Assembly (NCBI GenBank): GCA_016748015.1
Contig: JAAOMT010000599.1
Location: 458,589 to 522,588 of the forward strand
Source: Geosiphon pyriformis uo1
Lineage: Eukaryota; Fungi; Glomeromycota
DNA: 64,000 nucleotides
Direction: 5' to 3'
The notes beneath the pieces are model-generated. The model was not told the origin of the DNA, did not search any database, and worked only from the letters and a program-made list of their open reading frames with translations. The stretch's first letter is position 1, and each line of letters starts with the position of its first letter. This document shows positions 50,097-63,204 of this stretch, piece by piece. Position numbers and translations under genes: made by a program.

Positions 50097-53000
50097 TTAA
50101 CACTCTTCACAATACTGATTTTGGCATGGGATAAAACAGTTTTCGCAGAGGTAAGTGTTGATTTGGGCAAGGTATTGTTCTTGCTCTTGTCGAGTGAGGC
50201 ATAGTTGTTGGTAGTAGTCCTGGAATTTGTCCACTGGGTCAAACATGTTGTAGCTGGCGACTTTGTTGGCTACTTCGGCTGACTCTTTCCAACGTCGTAT
50301 TTCTTCGGCAGTTCCTCCTCTTACTTTGGCTTGTGTGGTGTTGTACAACTCGTCCTTGTTATGTGGGTAGTGCTGTAGTCTTTTTAATGCTCTGTTGAAC
50401 GCTGCTTCGAACGGCATTTCTTCTCTTACCCAGTCACAGATGAGGATCGTGTATTGGCAAGTTGCATCACATGTTCCTCTTCTGCCTGGTATGTCGTTCC
50501 AGTTGCACTCTCTTGGTAATGGTTCTCCACAAGCGAGGCATGGTTTCTCATCCCATTTTCCGTGTCTTTCTGGGTAACCATATTTTTCTTTGTTACAATA
50601 GTAACAATAATAGTGGGTGGGATTTCTTGGGTCTTTGTTTGGTGCACTGCATGCAGTCATAGACAAGAGTTTCTTCTTGCAAACTGAGCATTCTAGCTTT
50701 GGTCTGCATCGCTGGTGGTTTCTTCGTGAACTTACCTGGTTCCATTCAGATTTTTCTTCACTGGTCCACATTGGTATGGCTGGTAGTTCTGTTCTTTGGT
50801 CATCAGCCCAAGAGAGCTGATAAGTTTTGATGGCTGGTAGTGCTGGATTTTCCTCAAATTCGAAGGTAGGTCTTTGGTTAGCACTGGGTTTTTGGAAGTG
50901 ACCACAAGTGGCTAGAATTTTGGCCTGGTGGCCATTATAATTGATCAGAAGCTCTTGGGTGGTCCAGTCTAGGGTGGTGTTGGCTTTTGTTAGCCAGTCA
51001 TTCCCTACTAACACTTGATATTGTGTAGCATCCATTACTAATACTTTTGTAGGTATTACTATGCCATTAATTTCAAAAGGGAATGAGTCAATTTTGTCAT
51101 AAGGCAGCTTTGTACTTCCATCGGCTGTTATGATTTGGGACATCGTGGCATGATCAACTTTGAAACCCAGTTGATTTATTAGTTGAAGCATTATGATGCT
51201 TTCAGCAGATCCGCTGTTTAAGATAAGTTTGATTGGGGTATTGTTTACAGTGGCTTCTGTATACATAGCAGTGATTGGGCGTTTTTCATTCAATGCTGCT
51301 CCACTGAACATAGCCTCGTTTTCCTCTAATTTAAAAGGAAAAATAGCTGTGAGGCTGCTATCTTCAGTGGCAACTGCTGGTGGTATTGTCTGGCTCAATT
51401 TGTTGGAGGAATTTTTGGTTCTGTTTATGTTTCTATCATTATTATTTCCGATGATCAGATTTTCTGGTATATTAAGGTAAGTTTGTTGATAATTTTGGTA
51501 GTTTGGATTGGTTTGCTAATTGGTTCTGGTGCGGTTTGGATTCCTCTGAACCAACGTGTTCTGGTTCCACATGGGCTGATTTCGGGCCTCGGGACGCCAA
51601 TTCGGGTTGGCTATTATGGGCTGTTGGTAAGCTCCTTGATTTTGATACATGGTGGGATATTGGCGTGGTATTGGCGTGTACTGGTTTCTGGGCATTTGGG
51701 GTGGTGCGTAGTAATTATTTTCATGTGCTTCCTGCATCATTCGCATTCGACATTGACTAATCAAATGTCCTATGCATTTGCAAAAATGGCAGGTGCGCGT
51801 TTCTGTTCTGAATTCCTGGCATGACGAGCAATTATTTCGACTGTCACTGACTTCTTGGCTGTGTCTTTGGGGTGGGTGGTTGGTATGTATTTCTTCTCGG
51901 ATCCGGGATGAGGTAACTTTCTATTTTTTTAGAGAGTTTCTTCCCTAATTGTGTTATTCTTTTTTCTAATGTTTCTGTCTTATTTTCCTCCATTACCATG
52001 TTAACCATTTGACTATGGTTAGCTTCTTTCTCAGCCGATTCAAGGGCTTTGGTGAGCATAACAGCTTCTGATAAAGAATTAAAGTGGGCAGAGCGTACTC
52101 TTCCTAAAATGCTGCTTTTTAATCTTCTAATAAACTGATTTAAAATCTAAGAATCAGTGTAGTATCCTTGTTCAATCGCTTCAATCTAATGGTGAATTCG
52201 ATTGAATTGAGCAAGGTATTGGGTGACAGTTTCACTGGTATTTTGCTTGATAATATTGAATTTGTTCTGTAGTTGGATTACAGCATTTGGGTTGCTAAAA
52301 TACTCCAGGAGTGCATTTTTAAATTCGGTAAAGCTCATGAGTTTTGTTTTCAGGCTTTAATACCACAAGTCGGCTGTGTCTTTCAGGAAGAAAGATAATG
52401 TTTGAATTGCTCTTTGGTCATTCCAGTTATTTGTCTGGATGGCTTTTTGTGCTTTTCTGAGCCATGTGTGCACATCCATTTCTTCTTCCTCTTCTGAGAA
52501 ATCTGTTAATCTTGTAATGTATGATGTGGTTATTTTGTTGCCATTTTCTACTGGTGGGCTTATTGGTCTAAGAGAAGGTGGGATGATATTTTCTTGAGCG
52601 TTCCTAAAGTGGCTTCTCTTATATCCGGCTCTTCCTCTTGATCATGAGTTTCTTGGTTTCTGGACTGGCTGCTTATTCCAGTGACTGGCCTTGTGATTGT
52701 TTTTTCGCTGGTCTCTTTTTCGGATTCCAATTCAGACTCCTCTTTACGGTTTTCAAACCCCATTCTAAATTTTGGCTGAAAAAGAGAGTTTTGGAATAGT
52801 GATAAATATTCTCCTGTAATTGGTATGTCTCCCCAGTTACGTTGTTTAATTTTATCAGTATAACTAGGAGTTCTTGGCATTTGTGGAGTTGATGTTGATA
52901 ATGATGCAGCTTCTAATGGAATTTGTATCTTATTTTCTGGTGAAAAATGGTATGATTTATCTTCTGGTGAATAAATACATTGTTTTTTTATTGATTGAGT

Positions 53001-53411
53001 GACAGTTTTCTTTGGTGTTTGAGCTGGTGTTCCTAGTTTTTGCTGGTTACTTTCCTGATTAGTTTCTAAATTTTCTTTGGTTTTGTTGGCACGTTCTCTA
53101 GTGTTTCCTGTGGATATTAGAAAATTTTCGTTGGCGTATTGCTCAATTTCTTGATGGATTTTGACAATAGTTGCGGCTATTACTGCTACTTTTTTTGTAG
53201 TGTATTGTGATAATTCTCTATATAATCCAAGTTTTGTGTCATGTGGTTCTTCTTCTTTTCCTATATGATAATTTATTCTGGCATTGATATAATAAGTGAG
53301 GGCAGATTCTGCTGGACAACACTCTTCTGGTAATCCAAGATCACTTTGATTTTGTGTGTAAATAGCACGGCAGAATTCAAGAACAGTATGATTAGGGGTT
53401 TTTGTCGCCAC
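50097..53411 (-). pseudogene. gag-pro: Element G gag, CCHC knuckle, protease and Cys-rich domain
   Basis: N-terminal ORF 52560-53411, capsid ~51850-52530, CHFCKCIGHLISQC, and ORF 50097-51398 with LIL(N)SGS plus the Cys-rich domain. Confidence 0.9.
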
Positions 53412-53481
53412 TTTTGTCTCTTCCTTTTTAGCAATGAATTATTACTAATTATTATTTCCTTTTTGATTTTCTTTTCTTATA

Positions 53482-53491
53482 GGGTTCACCA
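53482..53491 (-). promoter_or_regulatory. Primer binding site of element G (TGGTGAACCC)
   Basis: Begins TGG two nt after the 5' LTR. It would pair with a tRNA ending GGGTTCACCA (Trp-like, unverified). Confidence 0.72.
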
Positions 53492-53493
53492 AA

Positions 53494-54370
53494 TGTTATG
53501 GAATGGTTTTCTTGTTATATTTAATTGCTGATATCCCGTTTTAATTGCAATCAGTCTTTCGTGAGTTCCTCAATTCTATTTGTGTGATAATGTTACTGTT
53601 ATACTAAAGGCTTTCTTTTTAATGTTGTGATGTAAGTTATTTTTTCAATTCCTGATTGTTGTGTGTGTTTATGTACTCCTTTTCAGAGGCTAAACTGAAA
53701 TCTACCCACTGTCTGGAGTCTTCTCTGAGGCTATCCTTGCAATTGCCTGATGTGTTTCTCTAATCTAGAAACACAGAATGTTAATGGCCTTTAATGCTTT
53801 CTCTAATTCTTACAATAAAGCTTTTATTAATTAGTAACAACGTGAATAATCTTGATCAAAGATTATTCTTCCAAGAGATTCAGTTGACAAATGATAGTTT
53901 CATTCAATAATTAATACAAGTAAGTTTCTTAATACTTTGGGTTGTGATAATTCAGTTTTAAATATTCTTTTTCATTTCTTTTTGATTTAAAAGTTTCTTG
54001 GGATATTTAATTTGAAAGTATGATTTAAAGTGGAGTTTGTTGGATAAAATTGGATCTATTGCTTGATAAGTTATGATTTTTATTACTTGATTGATTATTT
54101 CCTAATATTAAAACTACTGTATATATACATGTTTGTAGTTCTATGAGAAAACACATTGTAATACTTTCTTTTTGATATTTCAACCTGGTGTTTGCTGCTA
54201 TCACCAGTTGGTATTGGCTGCTATTGTGAACTGGTGCTTGTCACTATCATGAGATGGTGTTTGCTACTATGTTAATCATTACCTTTCTAAGATTATTACT
54301 GTGCTATATTATGATTGAATAGTTTGTATTATTTTTATAATTCTTTTTGCTAAATTCTTAAACCATAATA
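53494..54370 (-). repeat. 5' LTR of element G
   Basis: Direct repeat of 46154-47011; ~23-bp tandem units at ~54190-54270. Confidence 0.95.
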
Positions 54371-54715
54371 CTGCTTAGAAAATTCTTTTTAAAATTTTGG
54401 CAAACAGAATTTTTTCAACTTGTAATAAACATAATGTTTTTTATAAGAACAATTTTTTAGTTTTAAAAAGAACAATTATGTGATTTTCAATTTTTGTTAT
54501 TAGTTTAGTAATAAAAAATGCTTTTAAAAAAATTGTAAACTTTAATTGGTATTATAGAATATACATAAAGCATATAATTCAATAGACTAAATGTATTTAA
54601 AAAACAATTTAATTTAAGTTAAAATATATAACAAATTTGTTAAGTTTTTTAGTAATATTTACAATAATCAAGTTAATTGAATTATAATGAATTTAACTTA
54701 ACAAATAATTATTAT

Positions 54716-55713
54716 TGTTACTCAAGTAGAAAATTAATTAAAAACTTTTTTAAAAAAAAATATAAATATTATGTAATAATATAAAAAAAACATAATAATA
54801 CAAAATAATATAAAATAATACAAAATAATATAAAATAACTTAAAATAATACAAAATAACATAAAATAGTACAAAATAATTAATAATAATATAGGATAACT
54901 AGTTATAATATAAAAAAATAAACCAATAGTTAAAATAATAAGTAATAACTAATAATAACAAACAATTAAAAACAATTTTATAAAACTAAAAAATATAAGT
55001 AATTTAAGCAGATAAAAAAAACAGATTAGACAAAAATCCAAATAATATTTTTATAATATTTTTAGTTTTAAAAACATCTTTTTTCTTTTTTTTATTCATA
55101 TTTTCAATTTACTAAATAAAATATTATTGTTTAATTTACAAGTCTATAATTTTAATACTCTAACTATTAAGATCTAATTAATTGTTTTTGCTTACTTTTA
55201 TTTTAAGCCAAATACAATTAACATAAATACTTATAAAATTTTAATAACTTAAACTAATTACTCTTAATTATAACAATTAATAAGATACTAATATATTCTT
55301 TTTTTTAGTTTTCTATATATATTTTTTTTCTTTTGTAAAATAACAATATTAAAAATTAACTATCTGAAAATAAACTTTATAATAGTTTGGTAAAAAAAAA
55401 AAGTTTTTTTTAAGTTTGAATATTAACTTTATTTTGTTAGTTTACTAAAAAAGTAAAAAAACAATATTAGATTTTAGCAATTACATTCAACTAGCTTAAA
55501 AGAAAACACAACTATAATAATACATGTAAAGAAATAACATCTTTGTGTCTTATAATAAAAAAACTTAATAAGTAAAATTTCAGATAAAAAATTCTTTAAA
55601 AACTAATAACTAACTTTACTACCAAAACCAATTCATCTAAAATTAATCTGTTTTTAATATTAAATCATAAATATTAAATGTTATAAATATATCTAATCAA
55701 ATTTATTAGAATA
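54716..55713 (+). repeat. Decayed solo LTR of K family inside the J3 RT, TSD TTAT/TTGT
   Basis: Starts TGTTACTCAAG, has ~10-bp TAAAATAAYA repeats and is homologous to 16853-17781. The LINE RT frame resumes after 55713. Confidence 0.78.
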
Positions 55714-56300
55714 TTGTATATATAATAAATTAAATTAGAATAAAGTATTTTTTTTTAATATATTTTCTATAACTTTTTTCTGTGTAAAATTAAGAAATAA
55801 GAGAGTATATACAAATATAGAATTGATTCCAAATTTGTAACTAAGATAAAATATATAGAGAATTAGACTAGTTTAATATCTTTTTTTATTATTAATGTAT
55901 TTGTTGATAATATTATTTAAATTGACAACAGTTAAGCTATGACTTAATATATTTTGAATATTGTAAATAAGTTTTTTTAAGTCAATAATATTTTAATTAA
56001 TAATAACAAAATAATAGCCATTCTAATTAATCATAAAATTACAGGTTTTTTTTGTTAATCAATAATTTGCTAATTTTAGTAATTAAAAAAAAATTACACA
56101 AATATTTGGATATTTTTTTATTAATAAAAAGTTTATTAAAGTCTAATTTAACAAGAACTTATTTAAATATTAAATTTTTTGCTAACAGAGTTTTAAAAAA
56201 AACCATTTCTAATAAACAGTTTTTGTATTTGGTCTTAGTAGTGTTTTATTTTATTATCAATTATAAAGCTTAGTTTATTTTTATTTTTAATAATGTATAT

Positions 56301-56508
56301 TGTTACAAATAAATATTTGGGGTCTTAAAGCAAATAACAAACCAATAACTTGGTGTTTAATTAATAACGTTAGTAATATCTGAAAGTGTTTCAATCTGAA
56401 GGTTTTGATTGAAGTTTTTTGTATAATGAACAGAGATTCCTGTGTTATTTTATCCATAGCTTCCTGAAATTGCAATTCTGTTAATTTCTTTCTCAATGTG
56501 GTGGCCAG
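56301..56508 (-). repeat. U5 end of an A/B-family LTR inserted in J3 and itself interrupted by H
   Basis: Matches 13346-~13567 (TGTTACA...TATCCATAGC...GTGGCCAG). Confidence 0.85.
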
Positions 56509-57489
56509 TCTTACCAGACGAAATTAGAAATATTATTTAGCATGAAATTATTTTTATAATTCCTATCATTAATTAACATATATTATCATTTTAAATTATC
56601 ACTTAGTATATTAGCAAAATGTCCGAAATTATCATTTAATTAATAACCCAATTTGTACATAACACAAATATAACCTAATTGTGATGATCAATCATGCAAT
56701 ACCCCAAACTATGTAACATTCAAAAAATTCACCGAAATTTGTAGAAATTTGCCGAAATAATTGATAGTTCACCGAAATATCTAATAGTTCGCAGAAATAA
56801 CTTGTAGTTCGCCGAAATGTATCTTTAGTTCAGCAAAATTGTAGAAAAGAGCAAAGTTCAAGTTCATAGAATAGTGTTACAACAAGTTGTATAAAAGAAA
56901 AGCTTCTCTCTTTGAGAAAATGTATCTTACTTTAGATTTATCACTTAGAACTATTTCTAGGTACACAAAAAAAAATAAATATCAAATAATTTGAAGAACC
57001 AAATTCTTTAATTATTGCACTTAGAAAATCCCCAAAACCCAATTAACGTTTTGAAATTGATTAGCTACCAATTTCAATAAACTGTTAGTGACTCTAGGCC
57101 TGGATAGAAAAACGTTTCCCTTGATAAAATCTTATTTCTTTTACATTTCTTTTATTTTTCTTTTTTTTTCTTATTACAATTATTAAGGTAGCCTACAGAC
57201 AAGATTCTTGTAGAAGAGTTGACTTTCACAGCAAAGTAACTACACATTTTAGTGAGCTTCTAGATGAGCAATTCCTGGGAAAGAGTTGATGTTTACTACA
57301 ATATAACTACATAAAGCAACTGGCATGGAATTGGCCATTCCACTCATAAGCTCAGCAAGTTCAAATTATAGGAGATAATTTGAAGATAAATTCAGTTACT
57401 GGAGGTCCAACTACTTTCTGGAAACATGAATTCACAGCAAACAGGCATCAACAACATTCAAGAAAGAAGACCAAAAACCTCTGGTAACA
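56509..57489 (+). repeat. 5' LTR of element H
   Basis: T(C)TTACCAG...CTGGTAACA inverted termini; homologous to 35716-36688. Confidence 0.9.
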
Positions 57490-57491
57490 TT

Positions 57492-57507
57492 TGGTGCTCT
57501 CCCACGG
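57492..57507 (+). promoter_or_regulatory. Primer binding site of element H (TGGTGCTCTCCCACGG)
   Basis: TGG two nt after the LTR end; tRNA identity not determined. Confidence 0.78.
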
Positions 57508-60500
57508 AAATAACACAGCAACAACAAAATTCAAAGTGGCGACTACACCAGACACAACAACTCTAGAGTATTACCAATCAATTTACACCCACTGCAAGCA
57601 AAGATTCAACATTCCAGATGGAATTGAAGTTGTTAAGAAATCAGTATACCAATACATTGAAAACTGCATCAACAATTATCTTTTTGGAAATTACAATATC
57701 TTAGAAGTTAGAAGCAACCTTTACAATAATTTAGTACACTATTTACAGTTGGGAACTGAAGACCTTAACAGCAAAACACTTGTCACTTACTTTCACAAAC
57801 TTAATTTTAACATTATCAAATACTGTGAAGAAACATATCCAGTGCAGTCTCAATACTCTATTGATTTTGAATTGGAAACAGAAACAAGCAACAAAGGCAA
57901 AAACAAATTGAAACAATACTCAAAAACCACCCCAAATACTTCAACACTATCAAAAACAACTGCCAAACATTTACAAACACCTGAACAAGAAACCAGTTCA
58001 AAACTTCTACTTACTATCACACCTTTTCCAGCTTCACTTGCACAAGCACAAACGCCTAATTTACCCTTGAATCAATTTGCAAGACCAAAAGATTTTACAT
58101 CACTCAGAAGTCCCATCAGACAACAAAAATTCCTTTAAACTAGTTCCAATCTCCTTGACTTTCTAGCTGAAAATCAAAGTGAACACTCTAAGACAGAAGC
58201 AAACAAAGAAAATGAACCTGAAATATCTGAAGAAGAATTAATAGACAGTGAAAATGAAGAAGACAAAATGACAACATACATCACAAAAATCTCTGAATTT
58301 AATAGAGAAGACATTGAGACCAGTCCCCAAGAATGGCTCGACCAAGTTACTAAAACTGGAGATGCAAATAGATAGAATGCTGCCAGAATATTAAGAACAA
58401 TTCTCTACTTTTTCAAAGGAACAGCAAGAGAATAGTTTAAAAACTTGGCCGCCCCATTTAATGATTGAAACGCTTTTAAAGCAGCCTTCCTTGAACAGTT
58501 CACCAACAATAATACCTCCATTACCCTTTGCAATTGTTTTCGAAATATCAAACAAGAACCCTCTGAATCTGTTATGACTTATATTGGGAAATTCAACAAA
58601 CTTCTCAGACAAATTCGCCAACTCAAAACAAACAATTATTATTCTGATGCTCAAATCTTGGATCAATTTATCGCTGGTCTAAAAGATAAACTAATTAAAA
58701 AGGTTTGCCCATATGCACCAGAAGATTTAAACTCTGCCATACAGCATGCGAAAAAATACAAAATGGCCATGAAAGAGGCCAATCACACAAAACTTGTAAA
58801 TTTGGCAATTGGAGAAACCAGCTCAGCAGCTGAGAAAAAAATTGACCAACTCACAAAGAAAGTTGAAAACTATTTCACCAATCAACAACAACAGCAACTC
58901 CAAAGATATCAACCACCCCAAAGACGAAATCAAAATAACTTTGCACCACTTTCCAATAACCAGCTTCAGAATTGCCATTACTGTGGAATCTCTAGCCACT
59001 GGAAAAGAGATTGCAGAAAGCTACAATGAGACCAACAAAATAGGAGTAATCAATGTTATCCTCCACCACAGCAATCTTATTATCAACTACTACCACCAGC
59101 TTACTATCCACCAAGATTCCAATACCAAAATAACTATTATCAGCCCGCCCCACAGTCAATCCAACAGCAATACCAACAACCACCCACACAATATTATCAA
59201 GTATCTGCTCGAAGACTGATTACACAAAATCAATTCACACCACAAAACCGATACCAAATAAACAACAATAGAATCAGTTCAAACAACCAATTGGTTCTTC
59301 AAAATTCCACTCAACTAAGACCCAACCACTACCACACTCAATCCAGTTATTTAACAATGCCAGAAGAACAGGATTTTTACCATACTGCACTCTCGGAAGG
59401 TAAAGCTGCAGCACAACAACAAAACTCTTCCTATACTCCCACCACAATCCCACCAGCCAGAATCGCTGAAAACACTAACCTTTCAGATATATTCCCTTTT
59501 GAGTTCGAAGCAAATGAGTCACCATTCCTACTTAGCAATACAGCTGCCAATAAACAAAAAGCAATCATGGCTATGTACACTGAAGTAGAAGTCAAAAGAA
59601 AGACAATTTGCTTGATTCTAGACAGTGGATCCACTGGAAGCATTATCACCTACCAGTTAATACAACAGTTGAAGAGAAATGTCGACTGACCAGCTCAAAC
59701 AGTAATCGTTACTGCCGATGGCATGAAAAAGACCCCAGTAGGAGAAATTGACAATTTTCCGTTCACTCTTGATGGAATCACCATTCCAGTCAAAGTTTTT
59801 GTAATAGACGCACCCTAGTACTAAGCTCTTATCAGAAATGATTGGCTTCAAAAAGCCAATGCTAATCTGAATTGGAAAACACAAGAGTTAACAATCTCCT
59901 ACCAAAGACAACATGCCCAGGTACTTGCCACTTGTGGTACATTCAACAAACGCTCTGAAAAAGCCCCGGCTTTTGAATTCGAACCGGAAGAAGAAAAACC
60001 CCTTATTGAAACATTCATGGCTCTTGGATCAATGTCCAACTGGGCCGATGAAACAGAACAAGAACATTTTACCCCACACTCTGAACCCGAAACCTCTGGA
60101 TAAAATATCTCTTACTCAAAACCTGAACCAAGAAAACAATGCCCCTATATTCCCCTTAAATGTAAGAACTGCCACAAGAAACTATTGTCAATGGAAGCCT
60201 GTATTTCACCTGAAGAAGAATATGAAAATCATACTTGTTATTACTGCAAGGCTTGCCACAGAGAACGATGAAGCCATCTAATAAAAAGAAGCAGAAAATG
60301 GGACAACACCCCTTGTTTGACTTGTGGAGATATGCTACCAGAAGAATGCAATTGGATTGATGTAGCCATGAGAGGAGGAGTCTGCAATCAGATCTGCCAA
60401 TATGCTTTATTAATTTCAGAAAAAGTAAAAAGAGGAACACCCTTTAATGCGGCATACAACAGTACTCTCAACAAACTTTATCACTACCCCCATAATGCTG

Positions 60501-60889
60501 AGATGATTTTCGACCTAGCAATGACATTAATTAATGGAGCTACCAAAGAAGATGTTCATCAAATAAAGGAAGCAGAATACATTGAATACACTATAAAATT
60601 AGCTGGATTCGATTACAAAGACGAAGTAGAAGTCTACTACCAAATTGCAAGTCACACCTACCCAACCCAAGAAGCTCAAATTCAATGATTAAAGCAAATG
60701 AACATTAGACTATATGAAAAATGCATTATGCTTTGTGATGAACAGTGGTGTCTTGAATGCTACACTCTTAGTATTCCTTTGCCCAGCAAAAATGATAAGA
60801 ACGAAATTGAATTTGGAGAACTTGAAGCAACGGAAGAAATTGAAACAACACCCATCTACCTTATCGAAAATCAGCCTGCCTTACAACTT

Positions 60890-61315
60890 AAATACTTCAA
60901 CAACAATGGACAAAGAATAAAACCCGAAAAAGCACATGAAATTGATGCTGGATATGACCTAAGATATCCAGACAAGAATACTCTTGTTCTCAAATCCAAA
61001 TTTCTTACAAAAATCAATCTCAAGATTGCACTCGAAATTCCGCCAGGAGCAATGGTTCAAATCACCTCCCAGTCCTCTCTGGCAAGCAAAGGAATCAATG
61101 TCAGAGGAGGAATAATCAATGCTGAATATACTGGAGACATTACAGTAATGCTTTAAAATGAAACTGACAAACCATTCAAGATTGAACATGCTGAAAAAAT
61201 TGCCCAAACTATTTACCTACTCCTAATCAACATTTCGGGTTTGCAACTAGTCAATCAAAGAGAACAATTAGGAAAAAGCAATAGAGAAACCCAAGGTTTT
61301 GGTTCAACTGGATGA
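60890..61315 (+). pseudogene. dut: Element H dUTPase
   Basis: AHEIDAGYDL, SQSSLASKG, GGIINAEYTG, EKIAQ and QGFGSTG. Confidence 0.92.
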
Positions 61316-61819
61316 TTCACAGTTCCAGTTAATATAGCTCTTAACACACAGAATGAATCCCACCAGATTCTCAGACTTCCACAACCAATTACTATCTCAC
61401 TCTTTGAAGAACATTTGGAAATCTACACCTGCCCAAAACCAACAACCACACAACAAATTTTTAAGTCCAATGAACAAGTCTGCTTGGAACATAATATTTT
61501 GATCCCAAACATTTATATTTCAGAAGGAACAAAGAAAGTCTGAGTTACTTTTTACAACCCCAATAATTACCCCATAATTTTATTAAATAATTTAGAAATT
61601 GGAGTTATTCACAGTAATATATTTCAACAAGAATTACCCCAAACAGTCCCCGATTTCTCTGAAATTATTAGACATTCACTACCAAAAATCAACCCAAACC
61701 CCAGCTCCAAAAACTACCATGTTGTTATGGAAAAACTATCTCGAATCAACATGGGACAACTTGAACCACAACAACAGACCCAGTTCAAAGAGCTAATTGT
61801 AAAATTTGCCGATATCTTC

Positions 61820-63153
61820 ACTGAAAACAACAATGACTTAAGAAGAACCAATTTGGTTCAACACCAAATTTATACAGGAGATGCCAAACCAAGAAGACAA
61901 CAAACATATCGAGTTGCTCTAGAAAGCCACCAATTCATCCGAGAAGAAGTACAACAAATGCTTAACAATGGGCTCATCCAACCCTCCATGAGTCCTTGGG
62001 CTTCACCTGTAGTACTAGTTAAAAAGAAAAATGGAAAGATCTGATTTTGTGTTGACTATCGACAACTCAACAGTGTTACAATTAGAGATGCCTACCCCCT
62101 TTCCTGGATTGATGACATGTTAGATGCTCTTGGAAAATCCAAATACTTTTCAACACTAGATTTAGAAAGCAGTTACTAGCAAGTTGCTATGGATCCCAAA
62201 GATCACCCCAAACAGTATTCACCACCCAAAGCAGAAATTACGAGTTCAATGTAATGCCTTTCAGATTATGCAATGCACCAGCAACGTTTCAAAGATTAAT
62301 GGATGTTGTGTACCAAAAACTTCTTTGGAAGTCAGTAGTCATTTATCTTGACAATACTGATGTTTATTCTCCATCATTCAAATTACACTTAAAACACCTG
62401 CAAGAAGTTTTTCAACAATTATGAAAAGCAGGACTAAAACTCAACATCAGAAAATGCTACTTTGGAAAAACAAGCTTGGTTTTTCTTGAACATATTGTTA
62501 GTAAAGATGGAATCAAACCAGATCCTGGAAAAATCAGCATTGTCAAAAACTTTAAAACTCCTCAAAACACTACAGAACTAAGAGGATTCATAGGATTAGC
62601 ATCCTACTATCGGAAGTTTATCAAAGGATTCTCGGAAATTGCAAAACTCCTCAACCAGCTCACCAACAAAAACGTTGAATACAAATGAACTACCAAACAC
62701 CAAAAAGCTTTTGAAATTCTTAAGGAAAAACTGACAACAGCTCTAATCCTCGCCTACCCAGATTTCAGCAACCAATTTCGACTAGCTACAGATGCTTTGT
62801 ATACTGCCTTTGGTGCCATCTTATTACAACTAGATAACAATGGAAATGAGCAAGTAATTGCTTATGCTAGCAGAACATTAAAACCAGCTAAGAAAAACTA
62901 TCCTGCCACAAAACTAAAAACAGCAGCCATAATTTGGGCCCTACACCACTTCAACCTTTATCTCAGGCCTAAAAAATTTGATATTATCACTGATAATATT
63001 GGACTTAAATAGCTTCAGAACAAAAATACTCAGCTGAATGCAAAACAAACCTGATGGACAGGATTTCTAGCAAACTATCAATACATAGTACATCACAAAC
63101 CAGGAAAACTCCACACCAATGTTGACTGTCTTTCCAGAATAAGACAAGATTAG
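61820..63153 (+). pseudogene. pol: Element H reverse transcriptase and RNase H
   Basis: SPWASPVV, LDL, YLDN (62344-62355), FIGLASYY, ATDA and NVDCLSRIRQD*. Confidence 0.93.
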
Positions 63154-63204
63154 AAAACACAAAAACCAACACTCAACTTAACCAACCAAAAGAGCCAACA
63201 AACA

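Larger units (their letters stand above)
46154..54370 (-). mobile_element. Ty3/Gypsy-type element G with dUTPase; integrase core and most of ORF3 deleted; 4-bp TSD CTGT/CTGC
   Basis: Paired LTRs 46154-47011 and 53494-54370, PBS TGGTGAACCC and PPT AAAAGGAGGGGATAA. It has the best-preserved ORFs in the window. Confidence 0.95.
42500..56300 (+). mobile_element. Heavily decayed LINE-like element J3 (ORF1, APE, RT), interrupted by G and a solo LTR
   Basis: Colinear with J2 in the opposite orientation. The RT frame LIKTA*KIL is restored across G. FVDN at ~55900; ORF 56052-56273 is homologous to 37736-38035. Confidence 0.8.
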
